Counted from the first letter of the stretch, positions 14,845 through 27,247 are shown. The stretch: 64,000 bases of DNA from Octopus vulgaris (GCA_951406725.2 OX597819.1:20708001-20772000), one strand, 5' to 3'. Numbers and translations: made by a program. Notes: generated from the letters alone by a model not told the origin.

Positions 14845-16283
14845 GTCGGCATCCTTTTTGTCTCGAGAGACAATGGAGTTGCGCATAAAATAAACTAGTC
14901 CGGCTTTTACATTTCATGTCCTAATACATTTCCTGCTGTGGCTGTGTAGTCCTATCCTGGACAAACACTCCCTCTTGCAGGTGCCGCAAATGTAGCGAAT
15001 ACTGTCCCTGGCTGGTTGTAATGTCATAGTTTCTTGTTGACGTCTTTTCTTGCGTTTCCATTTCTCCTCTCTCTCCCTCTCTCTCTGTCACTCCTTTGTA
15101 CTCCCTCTTTTACGGTACGTCGCCAATCTCCACAATTGCTGGCAACTGCTTCCCAATTACTAATATTGATGTTGCAGGCCTTGAAGTCCCTTTTGCAAAC
15201 ATCCTTGTAACGTAAGAACGGTCTTCCCACAAACCTAGTACCCCAAGCAAGCTCTCCGTAGATTATGTTCTTGGGGATTCTGCCATCTTTCATGCGGCTA
15301 ACATGCCCAAGCCACCTCATACGTCTTTGTGTGAGGAGTGCAAACATACTTGGTATTCCTGCTTGCTTGAGGATATGTTTGTTGGGGACATGATTCTGCC
15401 ATTTGATGCGAAGGATTTTCCGGAGGCAGCGCAGGTGAAAGATGTTTAGTCGACGCTCTTGGCATGTGTATAGCGTCCAAGTCTCACTTCCATTGAGTAG
15501 AGTACTCAGTACACATGCCTGGTAGATCTTCATTTTCGTGGTCTTGGTCAGCTTATTGTTGTCCCATGCCCGTTTGGAGAGTTGGGCCATCGCAGCAGCT
15601 GCCTTGCCAATGCATATATTAAGCTCAGCATCAAAGGACAGGTTGTAGGTGACGGTAGAGCCTCCTGTAACTTTTCCACCTCCTGTAATCTGTGGTCTCC
15701 AATATGTATGTTTGGGATGTCCGATGTAGCCTGACCCATGATGTTGGTCTTCTTGAGGCTGATAACTAAGCTAAAGTCGCTACATGCTTGCTCAAAACAG
15801 TTAATGAGCCTTTTCACGACTTCTTCTGTGTGTGATACCAGAACGACATCATCAACAAATAGCATCTCCTTGATCAGGACGCTTCTGATTTTGGTCTTGG
15901 CACGCAGGCGCAAGAGATTGAACAGTTTCACGTCACTTCTACTGTGCAGAAACACTCCATCATCTGATGTCTGAAAGGCATATGAGAGAAAGAGCGAGAA
16001 GTGGATGCCAAATAATGTAGGAGCAAGGACACAACCTTGCTTTACCCCGTTTTTTATTTGGAAGGCGTGTGATGTTGAAACATTGTGCTGTATGGTGCCT
16101 TATATATCATCATGGAAAAACTTGATGATCCTCAGCAGCTTTGCTGGACATCCGATTTTATGGAGCAGGATGAAGAGCCCTTTTCTACTTACCAAGTCAA
16201 AGGCCTTTGTCAGATCAATGAAGGCCATATATAATGGCATTTTCTGCTTTCTGAACTTCTCCTGAAGTTGGCGTATGGAGATA
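14841..16283 (-). mobile_element. 5'-truncated, frameshifted RTE-clade (BovB-like) LINE; reverse transcriptase C-terminal half plus 3' end
   Basis: Minus-strand translation gives AFIDLTKAFDLV, GVKQGCVLAPTLF, MLFVDD (decayed YADD), KIYQACVLSTLLNGSETW, RMRWLGHVSRMKDGRIPKNIIYGEL and a terminal CxxC..HxxxC motif (YICGTCKRECLSRIGLHSHSRKC). A frameshift lies near 15550-15660. Confidence 0.95.
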
Positions 16284-16289
16284 TCATAT

Positions 16290-16322
<33 letters not shown>

Positions 16323-16425
16323 TTTATAAGTAAATGGATATAATAACAATGGGAAACTGGTGGCTTTCGCTGGTATCTCTTTAATTAAATGGATAACGAA
16401 GAAGGAAGAAGCAGAGATGAGGGTA

Positions 16426-16476
16426 GCATTTACGATCGTTTCGATTTACTGGTTGAAGTAAATCTCTTCAGAATGC
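16426..16476 (-). ncRNA. Type-I minimal hammerhead ribozyme, canonical core
   Basis: Minus strand: GCAUU-CUGAAGA-GAUUUACU-ucaacc-AGUAAAUC-GAA-ACGAUCGU-A-AAUGC. This gives a 5-bp helix I, an 8-bp helix II, a palindromic helix III and a GUA cleavage triplet. Confidence 0.9.
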
Positions 16477-16646
16477 GAATATAGATAAATACATGGGTTA
16501 CGATGAGAAAATAATTGATACATATGTGATGGTAATGTAAACAAAGTGGTGATTCTTACATTAAAATTTTGTTCTTGCTCTGCATTATGTACATTATTTA
16601 CATTATTTACCTTTGACGAATATTTGTCCTCAACTTGTTTGTTGTT

Positions 16647-16692
16647 AGTACAATGTTTCGGCTGGTATACCCTCCAGCCTTCATCGGGTGTC
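16647..16692 (-). ncRNA. Degenerate hammerhead motif in the left (inverted) pLTR
   Basis: gacac-CCGAUGA-A-GGCUGG-agggUaUa-CCAGCC-GAAA-CAUU-gUacU. It has a U4C change and damaged helices I and III. Confidence 0.65.
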
Positions 16693-16701
16693 TTGGGGAA
16701 A

Positions 16702-17000
16702 TGCAGCTGTCATAGGATATACAAAAGTGAAACTTGCCGCCTTCTTAAAATAAGGGTAGTCCAACATCGCAAAGCTGTGGCACGAGGAGATATTGATAAA
16801 TCGAGTAGAGTCGATCATGTATGGAAAATTGGAGACCACCTACCCCTGTGGGATGAAGTTAAATTAACAGATAGAGAACACCACTGGAAGATACGAAAAC
16901 TAAAAGGAGCAGCACACATGTTAGGACACCTCCTAACAACCTCCTAAGGAGACCGAGTGCAGATATGAATAGCATATGGGAACGGGTATTAAGGAGAATA
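16702..17000 (+). pseudogene. Penelope-type GIY-YIG endonuclease C-terminal fragment (frameshifted)
   Basis: CSCHRIYKSETCRLLKIRVVQHRKAVARGDIDKSSRVDHVWKIGDHLPLWDEVKLTDREHHWKIRKLKGAAHM resembles the CxC-x-YIGETxRxLxxRxxEH...SxxAxH...W...RKxKEA pattern. It continues in another frame as NLLRRPSADMNSIWERVL. Confidence 0.85.
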
Positions 17001-17041
17001 TTAGATTTATAAACCATAATATTCACTCCATAATTGCTCAC

Positions 17042-17108
17042 GGGCATATAGTTAAGAGCGCGGGCAATTAATACTAAGATTCTGAGTTCGATTCCAGGCA
17101 GTGACCTG
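17042..17108 (+). promoter_or_regulatory. tRNA-like segment with Pol III B box inside the Penelope 3' region
   Basis: gggcatatagttaagagcgcgggc...ctgaGTTCGATTCCagg. The B box is at 17086-17095 with a T-arm-like stem, and the A box is degenerate. Confidence 0.6.
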
Positions 17109-17130
17109 AATAATAATAATAATAATAATA

Positions 17131-17183
<53 letters not shown>

Positions 17184-17226
17184 AAAAATACCTTAGGAAT
17201 AAGACCCAGTTTCGAAATTTTCCCAA

Positions 17227-17272
17227 GACACCTGATGAAGGCTGGAGGGTATATCAGCTGAAAGGTTGTGTT
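17227..17272 (+). ncRNA. Hammerhead motif in the right pLTR
   Basis: GACAC-CUGAUGA-A-GGCUG-gagggUaUaU-CAGCU-GAAA-GGUU-GUGUU. The core is intact, with point changes at the base of helix II and in helix III. The consensus with the left copy gives CAGCC-GAAACGUU. Confidence 0.75.
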
Positions 17273-17599
17273 AACAATAAACAAGACGAGGACGTATATC
17301 CGTCAAACGTAAATAATGTACGTAAAATAGTAGATAGAAGAATACAGAAAGAAGTTCACAGTTCCTCTTCTCCCGGACGGTAAGTGGGATCTATAACTTC
17401 ATGGAAGTAACGACCAATTACCTTGATTGGCCTTCAAGAAGAGAAAAATCAATCATGAGCGATTTATCCAATGATGCCGTATCGCCTGATGAAATGAATC
17501 GATGATGATGATCAACCGGATGCCCACGGATAATACTAATCTCAAGGATACCGATTCTGATGTCAAAATCATGTGACGACGTAATACCCAGTGATATAG

Positions 17600-18706
17600 A
17601 TATTTCTTGAAATTGAACAAAATTTGGCATCATGGTGATATCATGGGTCTGCATAAAAAGGGTTTAGCCCCATTTTGATACTTGCAGGATTACAATATGA
17701 GGCTTTGGCTTTATCAACCGTTCAAAAGTGGGCAGCCAAAATTAGGAAGGGACGGAGAGACTTGAATATGACCCAAAGTCAGGACAACCTATACTTGCCA
17801 CGACCAGTGAAATCATTGATCGCGTTCACCACATTTTATTGGATGACAGGCTATTCATCTTGAATTGAATAGTCAATGTTCTTAGCAGATCTCGGGAGAA
17901 AGTTGACAGTATTCTGCACAAGGAACTTGGCATGACAAATGTTTCTGCTCGGTGGGTGCCTGGTCTTCTGATCCCTGATCAGGAGCGCTCTACAATAATC
18001 ATGTCAAGGAAAAAGCTGACATTTTTTGAAGCAGATCAAACTGGTTTGCTTGAATGTTTCCTTATCAAAATGCGTGTAGGGTTCATCATTTTCAGCCAGA
18101 GGCAAAACTGTTTTCCCTGTAGTGGAAAAAGTCCTCAACTGCTGCAAAGAATGTCGAGGTCGTTTCGTCTGTAGGGAATGTGACGGCATCATTATTTTGG
18201 AATGCAAATGCCATTGTATTTCTTGACCCTCTTTAAAAAGTCCACACCATGAATGGAGAGTATTTTGCTAACATGCTATGATAGTTATGAAAAACTATCA
18301 AGTGTAAAAGCTCGGAAAAACTGTCGAAAAGGGTCTCTTTTTTTGGTCCGAAATATGCCCCAGTAACAAGTCCTTGGTTGCAATGGCTTCTGCGCGTGAC
18401 TTGGCTTTTATCTGATTGATCACCCTCCAGCTTCTTGACTTGAACGCATCTGTCGTCCGTTGACCAATATGGAAACGTATTGCCTGGGGACTAGAATCAC
18501 TGTGATTGTGATGTCATACCTGAGGTTGAAGACATTTTTGACAAACAGGATGAAAGCTTCTTCACCAATGGGGGTCAAGGAATGAAAAACCGACGGAAGA
18601 AGTTTATCTAGAGCATGGGGGGTCTATGTTGAAAAAGAAACCCGATTTGATTACATAATACGAGAATATCATGATTAGTCTATGAACTTTCCAACCGATA
18701 CACGTA
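17600..18706 (+). mobile_element. Decayed mariner-family DNA transposon
   Basis: Fragmentary frames STVQKWAAKIRKGR, LGMTNVSARWVPGLL (the WVPxxL motif) and SLFWNANAIVFLD..HTMNGEYFANML. TIR-like 3' end gaactttccaaccgatacacg-TA. Confidence 0.85.
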
Positions 18707-18987
18707 AAAACAAATTTTGATACCTGCATAAGATTACCAAAGCAAGTTCATATAGGAACACATTATCCAAAGTATATATTTCTCCTTTCTTTTGTTATGC
18801 AGATACGTAATTTGAAAGAAATTCATAATAGGTCACGGAAACTATAAGACACACAGCAGTTCATAGTTTGTGGGTCAACCTGTATCGATTTATCATATTA
18901 AAAGACGATTTTGAAAATATTTACATTTTCATTAAAATTTAATTTAAATTCACAAATTAAACAAATCTACATACATATTATTTTACT

Positions 18988-19027
<40 letters not shown>

Positions 19028-19469
19028 GCGTGTATGCGTGCGTGTGTGCGTGAATATGTGTATATATATATATATATGTATATATGTATATATATATAAA
19101 CAGATACTTATAGGAATATACATACACACCTATATATGTGTGTATATATAGGTGTATATATACACATACTTACACGCATATACATATATACCTAGACATC
19201 AGGAATTCAGTTTATTATATATGAAAACATGATTTTCAACAATATTCACTTCGTTATCAAATGAATAATTTTGTCTGCTTAATTTGTCGAGGAAATGAGA
19301 TGTATGTACATGTGTGAGGATGCGTATGTGGATAGTCTGTGTATGCGTCAACGTATATGTTAGAGACACACAAACATACAAAAAGACACACACACACACA
19401 CACGCACATAATCACACGGACACGCATACCTATATACGCTCACAGGTATACAGCTAAAGTTATAAATAT

Positions 19470-19521
<52 letters not shown>

Positions 19522-20282
19522 GTATTATATATGTATATGTATGTGTGTTTGTGTGTGTGTCTTTCTGCATGCGTGAGTGTGTTTTACATGTGTTTTACAT
19601 GTGTGTGTATACACACATGTACTTTTGTGGAAACATTCCTGCATACAAATATTTTTCAGTCCTACATACAAACATACATACATACATACATACATACAAA
19701 CATACATACATACATACATACATACATACATACATACTTACTTACATATATACATACATACTTACATACATACATATATACATACATACATACATATTAA
19801 TCAGGAAAAACTGTGCCACGAATTAAAGCCATTGTCTGTAGTCGTTAATCATATATAAATGCAAAATATATATTTAAAAAATGGACTTGTTAATATATAT
19901 AAATGCAAAATATATATATAAAAAAAAGTATTTCTAAAAAATATCTTAAACTGGCTTCTTTCAATATCAGTATATACTGTTGAAACTAATTCGTAAATTT
20001 AATAAGGTCTTAATTAAAATATAAAGAAAATACTTCAGAACTGAAGATGTAAAAACATGGTGATTGTATGCCAACAAAATTCTTGTATCTCACAGAATAA
20101 GCAAATCTCATAACGACTAGATTATAAATTGAAGTGTTGATCATTACATTTCTCCATGGTAGTTATTATCACCTCGGTTATTATCTAAGTGATACTTTTT
20201 TCTTTTTGCGTGTTACACTGTATGTAGTCTTCTACATAAACATCCACTTGTGCTTATGTATTGCATTACAACTGAAGTGAAA

Positions 20283-20352
20283 GCGGAAAGCTAGCGGAAA
20301 GCTAGCGGAAAGCTAGCGGAAAGCTAGCGGAAAGCTAGCGGAAAGCTAGCGG
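20283..20352. repeat. 11-bp tandem repeat (GCGGAAAGCTA) x ~6
   Basis: Directly visible. It abuts a decayed SINE family C copy (~20345-20525). Confidence 0.95.
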
Positions 20353-21277
20353 ATTTGCTAAAGTGTCGGGCAAGTGCTCAGAGTTTAGATTCTGCTGGCG
20401 TCGGATCGACTTATCTTTCTTTCTGACAGAGTTTATGAAATACGCAACAGCTGAACAGTGAAGTTGATGTAATCGACTTACGCAATCTCTTAAAATCGAT
20501 TGCCATGCCCTAAAATTTAAAAGCACCACCACCATAAAGAAAGTAGAACCACAATCTATAAGTCAATTAGACAATAGCCATAATACTACTATGCAAAAAT
20601 GAAGTTAATTAAAACCTGTCAAAGTCGCACACACGAAGTTTAGATGCGAATAATTTTCATTTCCCAAGCAATTACCACGTGAAGATATATGCTTGCAAAA
20701 AGCATTAATAGTTCAAAATACTTCACAACATTTAAAAGCTATAATTTCGAGCTGGTTAACGTTTTACAATTTCTGGGAAACTTGGACTTGAACGTATGGA
20801 ACTATTTACTGATAGGGTGAAATCTATAGGGAAAAAGACAAATCGGCGAACACTCGGATCTTCAAATTGATGAAACTCTCAATTTATGATACACAAAGAT
20901 GTACTGTAAAGAATAATTCATGACAACGAATATAATATGCTGTTTTATTACTTGATTCAGTCATTAGAATGCAGCTACGTCAGCGCATAGCCTTGACGAA
21001 CTTATCAATGTGTGTGCACGGACGCGCCTGTATGTGTATATGTCTATATGTTTATATATTGTGTGTGCCTGTGTGTCCGCGCGTTGTTGTGTCTGTTTGT
21101 CCTCCACCTCTGCTTAACAACTGGCATTGGTTTGTTTATATCTATGTAACTGGGCGGATAGGCAAACGACGCCGATAGAATATGCACCAGTTATAAAAAA
21201 AAAAGTTATAAGTGCCGGAACTTGGGTTCATACTATTGTCTGAGAGAAATTACGTTACCTTATCGTATTCTTTTATT

Positions 21278-21403
21278 CTTTTACTTGTTTCAGTCATTTG
21301 ACTGCGGCCATGCTGGAGCACTGCCTTTAGTCGAACATGTCGACCCCAACACATGCACACACACACACACACAAACACAAACACACACACGCACACACAC
21401 ACA

Positions 21404-21455
<52 letters not shown>

Positions 21456-21608
21456 CATATACGACGGTCTTCTTTCAGTTTCCAACTACCAAATCCACTC
21501 ACAAAGTTTTGGTCGGCCCGAGACTATAGTAGAAGACACGCAGTGGGGCTGAACCCGGAACTATGTGGTTGGTAAGCAAGCTACTTACCACATAGCCATT
21601 CCAGCGCC
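21278..21608 (-). mobile_element. SINE family A copy (internally deleted)
   Basis: Reverse complement of the head and tail of 62329-62740. Confidence 0.9.
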
Positions 21609-22376
21609 AATTTTATTTTCTGAAGCCAAAATTCGCCAGTGTCTCCTACGACATATTGCTTATGATCGTCTCATCGATTACTGATTATATTCCAAGGATT
21701 TACAGTGATGCGGTTTCTGTTGTGATTTCCCGTTTCAAAGACGCTTTCAACTTCCAGTAACCGAGTCTCTGTAAATGGCTTCTATATAATACCATTATGG
21801 TGATCCCCGATCTTTGGTCTGTCTAGCCAGCAAGTTTAAAATGCGGACAACATATCTATCTCTATATACAGACCTAAAGAACATGTCATTTATTGTGAAC
21901 TGGATCTTGACTTCTTGCTTCTTCATGTCCATATGGGTGAGAAATAAAATCAGTGTCTGATAGACACATGGAAGACCCTGATCAAGTTTACCGTATTTAT
22001 TTTATCCTTTTTATGCCTTAATCAAGTAGAATCCCGTGGAGTGTCTTAAATATATTTCCACTCACCCCACCATTATTAAGGATCCGGATGTCCCCAGAAT
22101 GATTTTTAGACATCACGGAAAAAATACTTTAGAACAGCATGCTCTGAGTAGGTCTATTCACACTCAGCAATTTTCTTACTAGAAAACCACACCTCTGCTA
22201 CCACCTTCACGTTATGTTAAACAATGAAGAGGTTGAGAGCCTACCCAAATAAGAAGATGCCTATCTATAAATTGTACCAGCAAGTCCATAACAATTCATC
22301 CTTCGGCCGCCAGGCTAAGGAAAATTTGGTTTTCTTTCCTACCGAAAGAAGTCACTATGACGAATTTTATCATAGA

Positions 22377-22832
22377 CTAGCAGTATCGCCCGGCGTTGCT
22401 CGGGTTTGTTTCGACCCTTTAGAATTGGAATTTTTGAAAAGTAAAACTTTTGCATTATGTAGCTTGTTAATCTCTTTAAGTGAACATTTTTCTGGTTGAA
22501 ATACACAGAAAAATGGCGACACAGTAGTAAAAAAATCGTAAAAAATAGGGATTTTCATAGAAAAAAAAGCACATTATTGATGTAAATAATTTTTGGTGTT
22601 AACGTACTTTGATACTTTGATAGGTTTCGGCCATTATTGGCCCAGGCCATGTCTAACTTAATAGCACCGGTCCGATTTTTATTTTTCCTTCTACGGAAGA
22701 AAGAGAAAGCCTTCGTCTATCATACTTTCAATTTTGGTCAACTTGCGCCGCAGGGTCTCGTAGGAGATAGTGTTAGTTGAAGGCTACCAAACCTGCCATA
22801 TACAGACAACTTCAGCTTTATATATATATAGA
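22377..22832 (-). mobile_element. Non-autonomous Helitron with both termini
   Basis: Minus strand: A|TCTATATATAT...CCCGAGCAACGCCGGGCGATACTGCTAG|T, giving a 5' TC, a subterminal hairpin, a 3' CTAG and an AT target. The 3' ~33 bp are identical to the 46333 copy. Confidence 0.85.
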
Positions 22833-24040
22833 TTTAGTGAGCTGTTTTTTTCTTCCGAGCCGCAACAGTAGATATTAGAAACAAACCCACATGTCTCTAA
22901 TGGCTGGGTACCGTAATACAGGACGATTTCCTTCTCGTACGCGCGTCTCCGAAATATTATCATAAATTGCATTACTACGGATACTTCTTTATCAAATTAA
23001 ACCACGATGCATGCCATGCATTTATTGAGTCCTTGTCCAGAATTAAACACAAGAAACATATTGACGGAACTATATAGCGTTGGCCAAAACTGCAAACTTC
23101 TCTGCACATTCTGCCAGCTTTAATTATCACAATAATCAAAAATAACTTGTCATTATCAGTGTTGTGTTAGATTTATCTAATTTTGTTAAGACTAGTTGTG
23201 GCTGATTGGGCAGAAGTAATATTAAAGGTGTTCAAGACAAATTCATATTCTCTTGTATTCAGAGCGAATGTTTCTCGAACAATATTAACAAAATGGTGCT
23301 ATTTCTTGCAGATCCCGTGGTAACTCAATCATTCGCTCAATGTCCTTAGCATAATCAGCGAATAACTACTTGGAGCAATTTAAAATGAATTTGATCAGGT
23401 TTTATTTAAAAAACATTTTTATGTATGATACTTTGGGTGATACGCAATTTTGAGAAGAGTTGTACGTAAAAAAAAAGGAAATATAGGAAAACATATAACG
23501 TAACATATTACAACAGCATGGACAACAATCAGAACAAGCGTTTTGAATATATGATTGCACCAGCTATGAGTAGGCAAGTTTATTAATAAAATCAAACAAG
23601 ACGAAAATTGTTATAGAATCACAGCCACACGTACATACACACACCCAACGTTCGTACGCAGCCAATCGCTGCGTCGGAGCACGACACCAACCAAATCACA
23701 CTTCGAACTCAGGAACGACATTTCCAAGCCTCGTTTCTGAGATCAAAGTAGGCCATGTTGCTACTGTTCAATGATTTATTTTTGCTCTGTTTCTCTGATT
23801 TCTTTGGCAACTTTCAGTAAAGGTTAATATCGAAAGTTCACCACTGAAAACATCGCTCGGTTTCAATCAAAGCATTTTGTGAGAGATGAAAGGAGTTGGG
23901 CGCGGGCAATCGATGAGAAGTGAGTGGAATCGTATTGACAACGACAACGTGTGATGTATTATATGATTTATAAACACACTAAACTAACACACATGTAAAC
24001 ACATACATACACTCATACAAATACATGTATATTTATATAC

Positions 24041-24078
<38 letters not shown>

Positions 24079-24097
24079 ATCATATACATAAATAAAC

Positions 24098-24150
<53 letters not shown>

Positions 24151-24477
24151 TTCATATACATTCACATATATATACATATAAATACGTACACACACATGAA
24201 TTCATATAGATTCATATATATATAAATGAATATATTACCTAATATTATACAAGCATTTGCCTACATACATATACACATATACATTGCTGCGTGTGAGTGA
24301 GTGTGTGTGCCTATGTGTGAGTGTGCGTTCCGGCATCTGTGTGTGAAGGCGTTGTGTGAAAGAAGATATGTTACTCAATAAATGTTTCCGCATCTAATTC
24401 TCTATGTATATTCAAATCTGTATATAAGAGCTCGCATGTGTATACGTGTGTGTTAGTTTGCGTCTGCTTTTGTATGA

Positions 24478-24530
<53 letters not shown>

Positions 24531-26113
24531 TGTGTGTGTGTGTGTGTCTCTGCTTAACTATGTGGGTGGACATGTATTGATATATCAATATCGCAAAAAA
24601 CTAGGTGAATGGCTATCAATAAACAGTATTTTAGTTATAATCACTTTACAATTGTCAACAAATCGATAGTATTTCTTTATTGATCTGGGTCAATAGCTAT
24701 AGGGTGACACAGCTACTAAGTAAAATGTGTTAAAGAGTCAAACATTCTTTATTCTATTAAATGTGATGACTGATCTGTTTGCGTTTCAATATTGTTTTTT
24801 TCCTCTTTAGATCTTTCAAGTTTCGTATTTATATAGTTCGAACACGCTTTATATTAGTCGACTCAACAGACTCTATGTGGTGGACATTTGACAGGCGATA
24901 ATTAGCAGCTGTAATTATGTTGCACCGCATGTCTTCATTTGTTTTAACATGAGTTCTATAAAATAAAATACGTACAAAGAAATTAAGAACAAATAAGAAA
25001 TTTCTAGAATGGTTAGTTCATAGATCTGCTCGTCTAGAGTTATCCAGAACTCTACAACCGCAGTAATGGCCCCAAATAATATACACACACTGATAAATAT
25101 ACACATACCGATAAATGTGCTAATGCTGCTAGAAACAGTAGCCGACTTTGTGCCAAATGTAACTCATTTACACTCTCTATACTCAGTCAAATGTAGTGCT
25201 TATTTATTAACATCATTTACGTTGAACATTGACTCTTGACTTCGAAATTTCAATGATGTGATTTCTGATTTTAGAAGGATATTAAATGGCAGGTGTGGGC
25301 AGCTGGACCAGATCAGTTTGAACTGGAAACGGGAAGAATATTTAGGCCAGATATGGTTTGTTTAAATGTAAATTTCATACGGCATTCTTTAGAAAAATGG
25401 ATTGATATATTAGATGACGTAATATGAAAGACTTTAATGGGCGCAACTTTAAGAATTATTATCAAATATTGGAATAATCGGGAGTTGAAGACTATGGCAG
25501 CAACAACTTACTTCACCTTTATTTGCCTGTACAATTATCTTGCCAGGATATTGTCGCTATCAGCTATGGATGGATCACAACTGCGCAAAGGATTTTGTAG
25601 CTGTTTGTCCAATCGCAATTTGGACATGATATGTGCATAATATATATATATATATATTTCGTTTTTGCATTTGGGTTGCAAGATTCTTAATGGGAATTCG
25701 TGTGTTGGAGCCCATTTTATTGTGTCGGGAGAGAGGCATGCTCTTAGTGCCTTATTAATATGACACACTCACGGGTCCGATTTCCACTCAATTAGTAATT
25801 TACTTTTATTAAATTTTCCTTGCGTCTTGCAAACTTTTCAATAGTCGTTGATTCTCTCCGTTATCGAAACTGCGTTTTTTTTCTTTGTGCGTTTGTTTGT
25901 TTGCTTATTTGTGCGCATGCGTGTGCGTTAATGTGCGTTAGTGTGCGTGCACATAGACATACGCATGTAATGTATATATGTATGTATTATGCATATCCAT
26001 GTGTTTATGCATTCGTATGTTCACAAACACAACCATGAACACACAAGCACATGGATATGTAGAATACACACATACATACAAACGGGCACACATGCATATA
26101 TATATATATATAT

Positions 26114-27247
26114 AAGTGATCAAATGTTTTATGTAATTGAAATTTCTCTGATTACCTATGACTTTCTTCCATTTATTTACAAGCTTTTTAATCCCATCAT
26201 TGTAAAACTCTTTTGTCTTGAAAACGAAGAACTCTGAAATATCAGTTTTGACCTCCTCCTGGCTTCCGAAATTTACGTCCCTCAAATGATTCTGTAAACT
26301 ACGAAGCAAATGGTAGTCTGGAGGAGTAAGGTCGGGAGAATGTCGTGGATGAGAAAATTTTCCCAACTAAGTTCTTCCATCTTCTGTGATGTAATCTTTG
26401 AAGTGTGGGGTCGTGCATTGTCCGGATGAAACATCACTCCTTTTCGATTCACTAAAGCGGGTCTTTTATTTCTTAAAAGATTGGTTCAAATACTCTAATT
26501 GTCGACAGTATAGTTGAGCATTGATAGTTGCATTACGTAGTAGCAATTCAAAGTGAATTACTCCTTTGCAATCACACCAGATAGAGAAAAGAATCTTTTC
26601 CTCATGAAGTTCCCTTCTCGGTTGTGGTTGAGTTTTTCCTTTTTAACAAGCAACTGTTTACGATGTTTAACATTTCGATAGAAGACCATTTTTTGTCACC
26701 AGTCAAAAATCTATCCAAAAAGGCTGAAATGAGTCGCGAGAATGGAGAGATGAGTAGATATATGGGTAGATTTCCAAGTTTAGGAACCTTTCCAAGTTGC
26801 TGAAGATGAGGTGAATAGTTGTATGGTTTGAACTAAGCTTTATTGCTAGTTCTTCAACTGATAATGCAGGATTTTCTTCAAGTAATGCCTCAAGGAGCTT
26901 ATCCTCAAACTCAACTGGACGTCATTTTCGATCTTCATCTTCAAGGCTGAAATCTTCATTTCTGAATTTTGCAAACCATCTTCTACAAGTTCTTTCATTC
27001 AAACATTCTTTCCCATAAACTGAGTGCATATTCGAGTCGCTTCGGCTGCAGAGTTTTCTTTTTTGTACTCACAAAGCATTATGTGCCTTAAATGCTCTTT
27101 GGATACTTCCATGTTAGAAAGGGTTTAACTTCACACTAATGCATAAAAATAATTTTTAATTCCATTAGACATTCTAAAACACTGTTAAACTGCATTCGGT
27201 TTTAAAGAAAGGTAAAATCGGTCAGAACTTATAGGGTGACCTGATAG
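26114..27247 (-). mobile_element. Decayed mariner transposon (near full-length transposase pseudogene, one TIR)
   Basis: N-terminus MEVSKEHLRHIMLCEYKKENSAAEAT from ~27112, and C-terminus HPRHSPDLTPPDYHLLRSLQNHL...GIKKLVNKWKKVI (variant of YSPDLAPSDYHLF). TIR TA-tcaggtcaccctataagttctgaccg near 27218-27246. Multiple stops and frameshifts. Confidence 0.92.

Larger units (their letters stand above)
16587..17321 (+). mobile_element. Truncated Penelope-like element: GIY-YIG endonuclease 3' remnant flanked by inverted pLTR ends, each carrying a hammerhead motif
   Basis: 16587-16702 is the reverse complement of ~17217-17321. The interior translates as a GIY-YIG C-terminal half. Confidence 0.88.
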
